A DNA stretch of 64,000 bases from Candidatus Saccharimonadales bacterium (GTDB lineage Bacteria; Patescibacteriota; Saccharimonadia; Saccharimonadales; EFPC-124): positions 2,894 to 66,893 of the forward strand of contig JBOHNX010000002.1 of the NCBI GenBank assembly GCA_050730875.1, written 5' to 3'. The notes under the pieces are model-generated. The model was not told where the DNA came from. It saw nothing but the letters and a program-made list of their open reading frames with translations, and did not search any database. This document shows, piece after piece, positions 43,201 through 51,806 of this stretch. The first letter of the stretch is position 1. Each line of letters starts with the position of its first letter. Made by a program: the position numbers and the translations under genes.

Positions 43201-43357
43201 TTGGTCGGGGATAGCAGATTTGAACTGCGACATGTCTTGCTCGCTCGTAGTTCGCTACGCTCACCTCGCTCGGCCAAGCTAGGATTCCGTAAACTGCCAC
43301 TGGCAGTTTACGCCTCCGCGTCCCGAACGCGGCGCGCTCTCCCTACGCTACACTCCG
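43201..43357 (-). repeat. tRNA-associated element copy C: tRNA-Pro(CGG)-like 5' part + conserved insert + T-arm/acceptor/CCA (pseudo-tRNA)
   Basis: The 5' part folds as acceptor CGGAGTG, D arm GCGT-AGGGAGA-GCGC and anticodon arm CCGCG-TTCGGGA-CGCGG. A roughly 95-nt insert holds the hairpin at 43289-43311. The 3' part is CGCAG-TTCAAAT-CTGCT-ATCCCCG-A-CCA. The acceptor strands pair at only 4 of 7 positions. Confidence 0.6.
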
Positions 43358-43361
43358 CAAT

Positions 43362-44018
43362 CTATTCGCTCTCTTGTTTGGCTTGTTTGTCCAACTCTCG
43401 CAGATTAGTAGTAATCGGATTAGTTTTCAGTAACTTTGCAACAGCTAATGTATTGGCTACCATGTATCGAACTGTGCGATTTGTGTATAGATGTTTTTGG
43501 CCGGCCTCGATGTAGCTTGGCCCTGGGCCAGCTTCGCCCACCCAGTAGGTGTCTGAGTTAGGTGGGATTGTGCAGCCAAGGTGCATTAAGTTGCCAACAG
43601 TATGCGCCACTACGTTGTGTGCGCCGTCTTCGTTTCCGGTTACAATGACGCCCGCAACTTTATTGTAAAGCGGATACTGGCCGGTGGTTTTGTCACCTTC
43701 CATGTACGTGCCGTCGAGTCGCTCTACAACCATTTGGGCTACCGATGATCGCACACCGAACCAGATAGGCGAAGCCATAATTAAAATGTCGCAGGCTTTA
43801 ATTTTTTGCAAGATTGCCGGCCACTCATCGCCTTTGCCTTCATCCGAAGTGACGCCAAATTTTACATTGTGGTCAACCACTCGCACGACTTCGCACGTAG
43901 CACCTTGTGCTTCATAGAGCTTGATGGCTTTTTGAATGAGCACGTTTGTGTTAGATTCGGTCGGCGATCTTTTCAGGGTGCAGTTTAAAAATAGTACCTG
44001 TATATTCTGTTTACTCAT
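43362..44018 (-). CDS. NADPH-dependent FMN reductase / flavodoxin-like fold protein
   Basis: VLFLNCTLKRSP...ILIMASPIWFG pattern of flavodoxin-like NAD(P)H:FMN reductases. Confidence 0.8.
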   Translation of the reverse strand: MSKQNIQVLFLNCTLKRSPTESNTNVLIQKAIKLYEAQGATCEVVRVVDHNVKFGVTSDEGKGDEWPAILQKIKACDILIMASPIWFGVRSSVAQMVVERLDGTYMEGDKTTGQYPLYNKVAGVIVTGNEDGAHNVVAHTVGNLMHLGCTIPPNSDTYWVGEAGPGPSYIEAGQKHLYTNRTVRYMVANTLAVAKLLKTNPITTNLRELDKQAKQESE

Positions 44019-44197
44019 GACTCTACTCCGCTCGATTAAGTTCTATATTTATTATCCAACAAAATCACTATATTAATAGAATTGACGTTGTAAATTCTAT
44101 TTTGTCATAATGCTTATGGTTTACGTTAGTTAAGTTCCTTAACAGTGAGCTGCGGATTCACTGCAGCTCTGGTTTCACATGCCCTCCGGGAGGAATT

Positions 44198-44830
44198 GTG
44201 CGTAAGATCAGCAAGCTGTTCGCCTTGGCCGCTCTGGGCCTTGGCATGATGCTCGTCCCGGCGACGGCCACTTCGGCTGCGCCGGTGAGCGACAACGACG
44301 GCAACAAGCAGGCGGGCGTCAGCGCCGCTGCTGCAGATGTGTGCGTCCGGTATCTCAACCTCAACGCCGCCGGCCGCGTGTACGTCAGCACCTACGCCGA
44401 ACCGCGGACGTACACGTCCACGTCGTGGACAAACGTCAAGTGCGGTGGTACCACTGTCGCCGTGCCGCGTGGACGACAGGCGCTCCTCGACGTAAGCGTC
44501 GATGCCGAAGTCGACTGCAACGGCACCTCGGGCCAGTGGTGCCAGGGCCGTGTGGTGGTGAGCGGTGTCGAGGCCGACCCGGTGGCCGCCGAGCCCAGCT
44601 CGTTCAGCTGGGACAGCTCGTCCAGCGCGGTCAACGAGTGGGGAGCCCACGGCTTCAGCAGGTACGCGCGTGCGTCCTGCCCCAGCAACAACTCGTCGGC
44701 GTACTGCTACTACCGGCTGTACGTCCAGACCCGCAACCATGCCTCCGGCATGTCGCTCTGGCTGGACGATCTGACGGTCGACGTCGAGGTGCTGTACGGC
44801 ACGACGTACAAGTACACCACCTCGTCCTGA
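44198..44830 (+). CDS. secreted hypothetical protein encoded in a high-GC block
   Basis: GGGAGGA RBS + GTG start. Signal peptide MRKISKLFALAALGLGMMLVPATATSAAP. Strongly GC3-rich codons and several Cys pairs. Confidence 0.6.
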   Translation: MRKISKLFALAALGLGMMLVPATATSAAPVSDNDGNKQAGVSAAAADVCVRYLNLNAAGRVYVSTYAEPRTYTSTSWTNVKCGGTTVAVPRGRQALLDVSVDAEVDCNGTSGQWCQGRVVVSGVEADPVAAEPSSFSWDSSSSAVNEWGAHGFSRYARASCPSNNSSAYCYYRLYVQTRNHASGMSLWLDDLTVDVEVLYGTTYKYTTSS

Positions 44831-45004
44831 GCACTACCCAGTAGCAAGTAGCAAACTAACGTGAATCAGCGTCAAAAATTTTGCGTTTTTCTAATCATCA
44901 GAGTGGGAAGACGCGAACGGACGACAGGGGTGCTCCGCGATCCTTCGGGAATGCGGAGCACCCACTGCCAACTTGATTTTAGCATGTGGGAAAGTAGGCT
45001 TTTT

Positions 45005-45211
45005 TGTGATGTCGGGGATAGTTATTTCCCCTAGACGTTAGAGGACTCGAACCTCCGCATTGTTTTGCTTCGTAAAAATGCGTGCATTTTTACTACGGCC
45101 AAGCAAGGAAAACGTAAACATCCACTGGATGTTTACGCCTAACGGTCGGAGGTGCGAGCACTGCAGTCCCAGCAAGTAAAAAGAACGAGCACAAGACTCG
45201 TTCTTTTTACT
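45005..45211 (-). repeat. tRNA-associated element copy D (decayed, directly 3' of tRNA-Pro)
   Basis: Terminator hairpin 45176-45210, conserved hairpin 45114-45136, T-arm copy 45040-45057 and acceptor copy 45011-45021 separated by about 18 nt. Confidence 0.6.
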
Positions 45212-45288
45212 TGGTCGGGGATAGAGGACTCGAACCTCCGACCTCGCGGTCCCAAACCGCGCGCGCTAGCCAACTGCGCCAATCCCCG
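45212..45288 (-). tRNA. tRNA-Pro (anticodon TGG), CCA encoded
   Basis: CGGGGAT/TG/GCGC-AGTTGGCTA-GCGC/G/CGCGG-TTTGGGA-CCGCG/AGGTC/GGAGG-TTCGAGT-CCTCT/ATCCCCG/A/CCA. Confidence 0.95.
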
Positions 45289-45373
45289 AAATTGCCAGTG
45301 GCAATTTCGGTTTTCCTTGCTTGGCCTCGAGTGGAGGGGCTTGCCCCGAACGAGAGCAAAACAAGACGAAACT
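45286..45373 (+). repeat. tRNA-associated element copy E (partial, inverted relative to tRNA-Pro)
   Basis: Hairpin CCGAAATTGCC-AGT-GGCAATTTCGG (45286-45310, overlapping the tRNA 5' end), then TTTTCCTTGCTTGGCC, a hairpin and AGCAAAACAAGAC, matching copy D read on the opposite strand. Confidence 0.45.
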
Positions 45374-45401
45374 GCCTATAACAGGGCAAATTATACCGTA
45401 T

Positions 45402-46217
45402 TTACCTCAGTTTCTCAATAACCAAATTCACCGGCTTTATACTTTTGGCTAGGCCGGTTTTTGCATCGGCCGTTACTAACGCGGCGTTCAACTGGTATGG
45501 GCCGCCTTCGGCTATGTCGTTTTTTATTTTGACACCGTCGCGCCAACGCGAGATAATAATTTCTTTGGTAACACCGAGCGACGAATGCAGGGTGCCACAC
45601 ATGCCAACATCTGTTATGTGCGCGGTACCGTCTGGCAAGATCATTGCGTCAGCCGTAGGCACGTGCCAGTGGTCGCCGATTACCGCTGTTACACGGCCGT
45701 CGAGATAGTAGCCGATTACCCGTTTCTCACTTGAAAAATCACCGTGAAAGTTCACAATAATTGCGGCAAAATGCTGGTTAGATACCTGGGCTAAAAGCGT
45801 GTCGATTGCCGCAAGTGGATTGCTTGCTGGCACCACAGCCGGGAAAACCGTGCCGAGTAAGCTCACCATTAACACTGGCCCGGCATCGGTTGCCAGCACC
45901 TTCGCTCCCCAACCGGCTTCACTTCCCTGCTGATTTAAGGGTGCGACGACTGGCTCGCCTGGCTCTGCCAATAATTCTTTGATGCTTGGGCGTTCGATAG
46001 TGTGGTTGCCACCGCTAAAGCCGTCGACACCAGCTTTTTGCAACTCGCGCATGTGTGCGGTGCTCATACTTTTACCGTGGCTGACGTTTTCGGCCTGGGC
46101 AATAACAACATCTACTTTATATTTTTCGCGCAATTTGGGCAGTTCCTGGGCGATCACTTGCCGGCCGGGACGGCCCATAATGTCACCGATATATAAAATC
46201 CGCAGGGTTCCCGCCAT
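45402..46217 (-). CDS. ymdB: YmdB-family metallophosphoesterase (2',3'-cyclic-nucleotide phosphodiesterase-like)
   Basis: LRILYIGDIMGRPGR N-terminus, GGNH, FHG and HWH metallophosphatase motifs. Confidence 0.85.
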   Translation of the reverse strand: MAGTLRILYIGDIMGRPGRQVIAQELPKLREKYKVDVVIAQAENVSHGKSMSTAHMRELQKAGVDGFSGGNHTIERPSIKELLAEPGEPVVAPLNQQGSEAGWGAKVLATDAGPVLMVSLLGTVFPAVVPASNPLAAIDTLLAQVSNQHFAAIIVNFHGDFSSEKRVIGYYLDGRVTAVIGDHWHVPTADAMILPDGTAHITDVGMCGTLHSSLGVTKEIIISRWRDGVKIKNDIAEGGPYQLNAALVTADAKTGLAKSIKPVNLVIEKLR

Positions 46218-46619
46218 CTACTGCTGCCCTTGCCCAGGAGTTTGTGTTTGTGGTGGTTGCTCGCCCTGTGGCGGCGAAAGTCTTTCCTGCACGGTGTTTA
46301 CGTATTCGCTCATGTCAGTGGCAAACTGTTCGAGTGCGGCAAGTCGCTGATTCAAACCCAAAATTGAGGCGTTTAATTGCTGGACAGCCGAAGGAATTGC
46401 CGCAGTGGTGTGCGTGTTGGCTTCGATTCTGAGCAAAGTTTGTTGAAGAGTTGAAATATAGCGCTCCACGTTTGCCATTCGGTTTTGTAAGTCGTTGAGC
46501 TGAGGTGTTTGCATCCTCATGCTCTGGATGGAGTTACGGAGATCATTTATGGCCGACTGTAAGCCAGTAACTGCATCGGTTGCAGCCCGGCGAACATCTT
46601 CGTAACTTAGCTCCGCCAT
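46218..46619 (-). CDS. hypothetical coiled-coil protein with Gln/Pro-rich tail
   Basis: 133-aa ORF with heptad-like Leu/Gln repeats. Its stop abuts the ymdB start. Confidence 0.5.
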   Translation of the reverse strand: MAELSYEDVRRAATDAVTGLQSAINDLRNSIQSMRMQTPQLNDLQNRMANVERYISTLQQTLLRIEANTHTTAAIPSAVQQLNASILGLNQRLAALEQFATDMSEYVNTVQERLSPPQGEQPPQTQTPGQGQQ

Positions 46620-46658
46620 GCTTTTATTATGGCAGATGGGATAGTGGTTGAATAGAGG

Positions 46659-47255
46659 TTACGCTTTTCTTGCGCTTGCCAGCCATTCGGGTGCTGGATC
46701 ACTAAAGAGGGCTCTAGGATTCTTGGCCACTTTTTCGGCGGGTACGTCATATTCTGCCAGGTAGGCAACAGTTACGTCGCCGAAGGCAGCATCGCCCCAG
46801 TCAAAACCGAGCAATTTGGCTGTTTCGCGCAACAACATCTCGCTTGGTCCTTCAATTTCGATGTAGGGCTTAAGCCATGGCCATTCGTCGAGCACCACTT
46901 CGCACTCACCCAATTGCCAAGCTTCACGTTTTGACTCTTGCTGCGAACACACAGTAAGCCCGACGGCCTCTAGGAGTTTAATAGTTGTGTCGTAATCGTC
47001 TACAACTGCAGCTAATTCTTTGGCGCCATCTACGCTCTGGGCGTGGAATTTCTTAAATGTAAGGGTTATTTTATCCCCTTCGTCCCGTACGCGAATGTAT
47101 GAATTGTCTTTTTGCAGACGCTCATCTTCGTAATCCATGATTGAACGACGCATTAACCTCATTGGGTACTCTAACAGGGCGCCAAGTTCTTTCAGCTTAC
47201 TGCGAATTTCGTCGTGATCGACGTTGAGAAATTTTACTTCGATTTCGGTTTGCAT
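46659..47255 (-). CDS. CYTH domain protein
   Basis: MQTEIEVKFL (ExExK). Its start shares a base with the rny stop region at 47255. Confidence 0.75.
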   Translation of the reverse strand: MQTEIEVKFLNVDHDEIRSKLKELGALLEYPMRLMRRSIMDYEDERLQKDNSYIRVRDEGDKITLTFKKFHAQSVDGAKELAAVVDDYDTTIKLLEAVGLTVCSQQESKREAWQLGECEVVLDEWPWLKPYIEIEGPSEMLLRETAKLLGFDWGDAAFGDVTVAYLAEYDVPAEKVAKNPRALFSDPAPEWLASARKA

Positions 47256-48772
47256 TACTTCGCGTATTCAACCGCGCGGGTTTCGCGAATGACGTTTACC
47301 TTGATTGTACCGGGGTACTGCATGGTCGATTCAATCTTTGTGGCGATATCGCGTGCTAGTTTGATGGCGTTGAGGTCATCAATGCGTTCTGGTTTGACAA
47401 TAATGCGGACTTCGCGGCCGGCGCTAATGGCGTAGGCTTTGTCGATGCCTTCGAAGCTAGTGGCAACGTTTTCGAGTTCGCGCATGCGTTCTACAAAGTT
47501 TTCGGCACTGATGTTGCGGGCACCTGGGCGAGCAGCGCTGAGGGCGTCAACGACACGAACAATCAATGCTTCCGGTGTTGTTGCTTCAACATCGTCATGG
47601 TGAGCTTCGATAGCATGTGCAATTTCGTCGCTCAGGCCATACTTACGCGCCATTTCACCACTAATGTGGTGGTGCTTGCCTTCCATTTTGTGCGTGAGCG
47701 CTTTGCCCACATCGTGCAGTAGGGCTGCGACTTTCACTGTTCGTACATCGGCACCGATTTCTTCAGCAATAAGCGCGGCGATGTGCGCCATTTCGGTCGA
47801 ATGTTTGAGTACGTTTTGGCCGTAACTGGTGCGGAATTTCAGCTCACCAAGTAAGCGAACCAATTCTTTTGGCACCAAACCAACCACACCGACTTCGCGT
47901 ACAGCATCTTCACCGGCTTGGTCGATTTCTTTGTCGATTTGTTTGCGAGCCTTAGCAACTACTTCCTCGATGCGGGCTGGGTGGATGCGGCCATCCTTCA
48001 TTAACATCTCGAGGCTCAGGCGTGCAACCTGGCGGCGAATCGGGTCGAAGCTCGAAAGCACAACCATACCAGGCGTGTCGTCAACCAAAATGTCGACGCC
48101 GGTTTCGCGCTGGATAGCTTGAATATTGCGGCCCTCTTTGCCGATAATGCGGCCCTTCATTTCATCATCGGTAAGCTTGACGGCGGTTACAGTCTTTTCA
48201 CTGGTAACTTCGCTCGCCATGCGCTCCATGGCGCTGACCAAAATAGTTTGAGCACGCTCTTCAGCATCTTTTACTGCGTCAGCTTGCAGCTTGTTTATGA
48301 GTCCAAGCACGTCTTGGCTAACGTCTTTTTCGGTCATTTGCATGAGCTTGTCGATGGCATCTTTTTTGTTGAGGCCAGCGATTTTCTCTAATTTTTCTAG
48401 CTGGCGTCCACGAATGTCTTTAATTTCGTGCTTGAGTGCTTCGACTTCGCTTTCGTCTTTGCGTAACTTATCGCCGCGCTTGTCGAGCTCTTCTAGCTTT
48501 TTATCGAGGCTAGTTTCACGTTCGGCTGTACGCGATTCGATCGCTGCTAATTCTTTGCGGCGTCTTTGCTCTTCCTTCGTTGCTTCGTCGGTAATTTTGA
48601 GGGCTTTATCTTTCGCCTCAATTTCGATGTTTTTAGCTTTATTCTTAGCGTCAGCAATTAGTTGTTCTGCCTTTGCCGCCCCTGTTGCGCCGCGGCGCTG
48701 GTTGACGACAAAAACACCACCAGCTCCGGCTGCTATGCCTACGGCGGCGGCTAAGAGTACTCCTAGCTCCAT
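47255..48772 (-). CDS. rny: ribonuclease Y
   Basis: N-terminal TM, long Lys/Glu coiled coil, KH domain GRIIGKEGRNIQ, HD domain LLHDVGK. AAAGGA RBS before the ATG at 48772. Confidence 0.9.
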   Translation of the reverse strand: MELGVLLAAAVGIAAGAGGVFVVNQRRGATGAAKAEQLIADAKNKAKNIEIEAKDKALKITDEATKEEQRRRKELAAIESRTAERETSLDKKLEELDKRGDKLRKDESEVEALKHEIKDIRGRQLEKLEKIAGLNKKDAIDKLMQMTEKDVSQDVLGLINKLQADAVKDAEERAQTILVSAMERMASEVTSEKTVTAVKLTDDEMKGRIIGKEGRNIQAIQRETGVDILVDDTPGMVVLSSFDPIRRQVARLSLEMLMKDGRIHPARIEEVVAKARKQIDKEIDQAGEDAVREVGVVGLVPKELVRLLGELKFRTSYGQNVLKHSTEMAHIAALIAEEIGADVRTVKVAALLHDVGKALTHKMEGKHHHISGEMARKYGLSDEIAHAIEAHHDDVEATTPEALIVRVVDALSAARPGARNISAENFVERMRELENVATSFEGIDKAYAISAGREVRIIVKPERIDDLNAIKLARDIATKIESTMQYPGTIKVNVIRETRAVEYAK

Positions 48773-48943
48773 AGAGATCCTTTCTTTAGCAGATTCCGCC
48801 CGTGCACAAGCGAGCAGTATATTCACTGGGAAAAACTAGGGCAGTATCTGAATTTGTACGATAAATAAATTATTGAAATGTCGGATGGTTTAATACAGAA
48901 AACCTACCTTTATTGTACGCCGGCTTGGTTTTTGAAACAACGT

Positions 48944-49336
48944 TTATTTCCGCGGTTGAGTAATATGTGCATCCGCGCCGTAATGTGGCAGTGCAATGCG
49001 GTCGTTTTCTTCATTTTTGAGACGATTAAGACCGTTTTGAATCCAGCGATCACCCTGCGAAGCAACAATTGGAATGTTAAGCGAATAAGATAATGTGTTT
49101 GCGACAGTTATGCCGATGCGCAGGCCTGTAAACGAACCTGGGCCCTCAAAAACGACGATACCGGTGAGTTTTTCCCAGTCAGCATCTGCAGCGTTTAGCT
49201 CATCGCGAATAGTCGCAAGTAGTGTTTTTGCTAGCTGACGATCGGCCTGCCATTGGTGGTAGCGCAATTGTTCACCTTCTTCGCTAAATAAGCCAATTTC
49301 AGCCTCGGGCTTGTCGGTTCTAACAGTTAAAATCAT
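48944..49336 (-). CDS. tsaB: tRNA t6A biosynthesis protein TsaB, short (N-terminal-half) form
   Basis: GPGSFTGLRIGITVANTL. Only 130 aa, versus roughly 230 aa for typical TsaB as I recall it. Confidence 0.7.
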   Translation of the reverse strand: MILTVRTDKPEAEIGLFSEEGEQLRYHQWQADRQLAKTLLATIRDELNAADADWEKLTGIVVFEGPGSFTGLRIGITVANTLSYSLNIPIVASQGDRWIQNGLNRLKNEENDRIALPHYGADAHITQPRK

Positions 49337-49818
49337 GCTATCTTGCGCTCCTGCTGATAGTGCGTTAAGGCTTCGCGAATGTGATCGTACTTTGTAGGGA
49401 CAGCAATACGCACAATGCGCGTTTCGTCATCGTCCGCTACCGCCAAGCTTATACTCATTCGTTCGGCCGGCAAAACATCGTGCACGATCTCGCCCCACTC
49501 GACAGCCACGATAGCATTGGTTTGCGCCAGTGATTCTGCCAGCTCGGCACTCATAACCCCGGCATCTTGTAGTCGATAAAAATCAAAATGGTGCAACTCT
49601 AAGCCGCGACCGCCTTTGTGAATCTGGCTGATAGTAAATGTCGGACTTTGGACAACGTTTTTTACCAGCATGCCCTCTGCTAACCCTTTTACAAAGGTAG
49701 TCTTGCCGCCGCCAAGGTCGCTACTGAATTCCAGCACTTCCCCGCCTTTAACTGCCGCGCCAATTGCACGAGCTAAACTTTTTGTGTCGTCAGCTGTTTT
49801 ACAAGAGAACTCAAACAT
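49333..49818 (-). CDS. tsaE: tRNA t6A biosynthesis ATPase TsaE
   Basis: Walker A-like SDLGGGKTTFVKG, SPTF, HFDFYRL. ATG at 49818 is preferred over 49932. Confidence 0.8.
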   Translation of the reverse strand: MFEFSCKTADDTKSLARAIGAAVKGGEVLEFSSDLGGGKTTFVKGLAEGMLVKNVVQSPTFTISQIHKGGRGLELHHFDFYRLQDAGVMSAELAESLAQTNAIVAVEWGEIVHDVLPAERMSISLAVADDDETRIVRIAVPTKYDHIREALTHYQQERKIA

Positions 49819-50010
49819 TGTCGTTATTATACCGCACCTCCACGTGTCTCTACTCGGATGCAGCGCAAGGCGACAGTGAAGCGCGGACGGAGCCGTATCT
49901 GTAATACGGTGCAGGAGCACTGGAGCTGGCAACGCAGCGATGTGCCGAGTAGTGATACGTGGAGCAAAACATTAGCATTTTTGTTTATTAATCCTTACAA
50001 TAAAGCAAGT

Positions 50011-51798
50011 ATGCGCATATCCGATGCGGCCCTGGTTGAACTTCTGAAAAAAGCTGGCAAGATTACTGATGCCGAGCTCGATCGCTTGCGCGCCGAAGAA
50101 AAAAAGACTGCCAAGCCCTTGCAAGATTTGGTTTTACGCCGCGAACTTCTGAGCGAAAAGGAGCTGACCCAGCTCTACGCCAAAGATATTGGCGTGCCGT
50201 TTATAGAACTTGACCCGAAGGCCATTGACCACAAAACGCTTAAATTGCTGCCCGAACGCATAGCCCGCCAGTACAATGCGGTACTTTTTGACGTCAAAGC
50301 TGGCGTCAAGCAGTTGGCAATGGAAGACCCAGACGACGTGCAGGCCGTGGACTTCATCCAAAAGTACATTGGTCCGAACTTTAAGATGCACATTGCCACC
50401 AAGCAGAATATTCTGGCGGCGCTTGATGAATACCGCGAAGGTATTAGCACCGAACTTGGCAAAGTCATAGACGTTGAGGTCCAAAAGGAAGAGCAAAAAG
50501 AAGAAACCGTCACCGAAGAGGACATTGCCGAAGACTCGCCGATTGCCCAAACGGTTAATTTGCTGCTGGAATACGCCATTCGTGCCGGTGCATCAGACGT
50601 GCACATCGAACCACGCGAAGATTTTGTACAAGTCCGCTACCGTATTGATGGTGTACTGCGCGAGGCCAACAAGTTGCCTCGCAATGTGCTTTCTGCACTC
50701 GTTTCGCGTATTAAAATTTTGTCCAACCTAAAAATCGACGAACGCCGCGTGCCACAAGATGGCCGTTTCAAGGTGTCTGTTAGCGGTAAGTTGTATGCCC
50801 TGCGTGTTTCCACCCTCCCCATCACCGATGGCGAAAAAGTGGTTATGCGTGTGCTCGACGAATCCAACAAAGCGCTCACACTCGAGCAACTCGGTTACTG
50901 GGGTTTCAGTCTGCGCACTATTAACAATGCCATAAAACAACCGCACGGCATGCTTTTGGTCACTGGTCCGACTGGCTCTGGTAAATCTACCAGCCTGTAC
51001 AGTGTACTAAGTTTGCTCAACAGCTCAAGTGTTAATATCTCTACCGTCGAAGACCCGGTAGAATACCGCATTGTCGGCACTAACCAAACCCAGGTAAACC
51101 CCAAGGCTGGCATGACTTTTGCGAACGGCCTACGCGCCCTGCTGCGCCAGGACCCAAACATTATCATGGTTGGTGAGATTCGTGACGGCGAAACAGCCGA
51201 CCTTGCTGTACAGGCCGCCCTCACTGGCCACTTAGTATTTAGTACATTGCACACGAACAACGCCGCAACTTGTTTGCCACGTTTGCTCGATATGGGCGTT
51301 GAGCCATTCCTTATCGCCAGCACCGTCCGTGCAGTAGTTGGCCAACGCTTGGTCCGACGCTTGTGCTCGAAATGCAAGGAAGAATACAAGCCGGAAGCCG
51401 CTGAGCTCACAACAATTCTTGAAATGTTTAACCTCAAAGATAAAGCAACCATGGGCCGTCTGGCCGATCTTGAGGAAGAAGCTACAAAAGAAGGTATCGG
51501 CGAGGATGTCGGCAAAGATGTATCCATAAAAGGTGATTCTATTGGGCGACTGTGGCGACCAAAAAAAGGTGGCTGCGAAGCCTGTGGCCACTCCGGTTAC
51601 AAAGGGCGCATGGGTATTTACGAAGTATTGCCATCCAGCCAACCTATTCAAAAGCTTATTGTGTCTAACGCCACCAGCACTACAATCCAGGAAGAAGCTA
51701 TTGCCGAAGGCATGGTTACCATGCAGATGGACGGCTTGGTAAAAGCGTTGCGTGGCCAAACCAGTATTGAGGAGATCTTGCGCGTCACGCGTGAATAA
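50011..51798 (+). CDS. pilB: type IV pilus assembly ATPase PilB (GspE family)
   Basis: T2SSE N-domain, Walker A GPTGSGKST, Asp/His boxes, tetracysteine CSKC...CEAC. ATG at 50011. Confidence 0.9.
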   Translation: MRISDAALVELLKKAGKITDAELDRLRAEEKKTAKPLQDLVLRRELLSEKELTQLYAKDIGVPFIELDPKAIDHKTLKLLPERIARQYNAVLFDVKAGVKQLAMEDPDDVQAVDFIQKYIGPNFKMHIATKQNILAALDEYREGISTELGKVIDVEVQKEEQKEETVTEEDIAEDSPIAQTVNLLLEYAIRAGASDVHIEPREDFVQVRYRIDGVLREANKLPRNVLSALVSRIKILSNLKIDERRVPQDGRFKVSVSGKLYALRVSTLPITDGEKVVMRVLDESNKALTLEQLGYWGFSLRTINNAIKQPHGMLLVTGPTGSGKSTSLYSVLSLLNSSSVNISTVEDPVEYRIVGTNQTQVNPKAGMTFANGLRALLRQDPNIIMVGEIRDGETADLAVQAALTGHLVFSTLHTNNAATCLPRLLDMGVEPFLIASTVRAVVGQRLVRRLCSKCKEEYKPEAAELTTILEMFNLKDKATMGRLADLEEEATKEGIGEDVGKDVSIKGDSIGRLWRPKKGGCEACGHSGYKGRMGIYEVLPSSQPIQKLIVSNATSTTIQEEAIAEGMVTMQMDGLVKALRGQTSIEEILRVTRE

Positions 51799-51806
51799 GG
51801 ATAACC

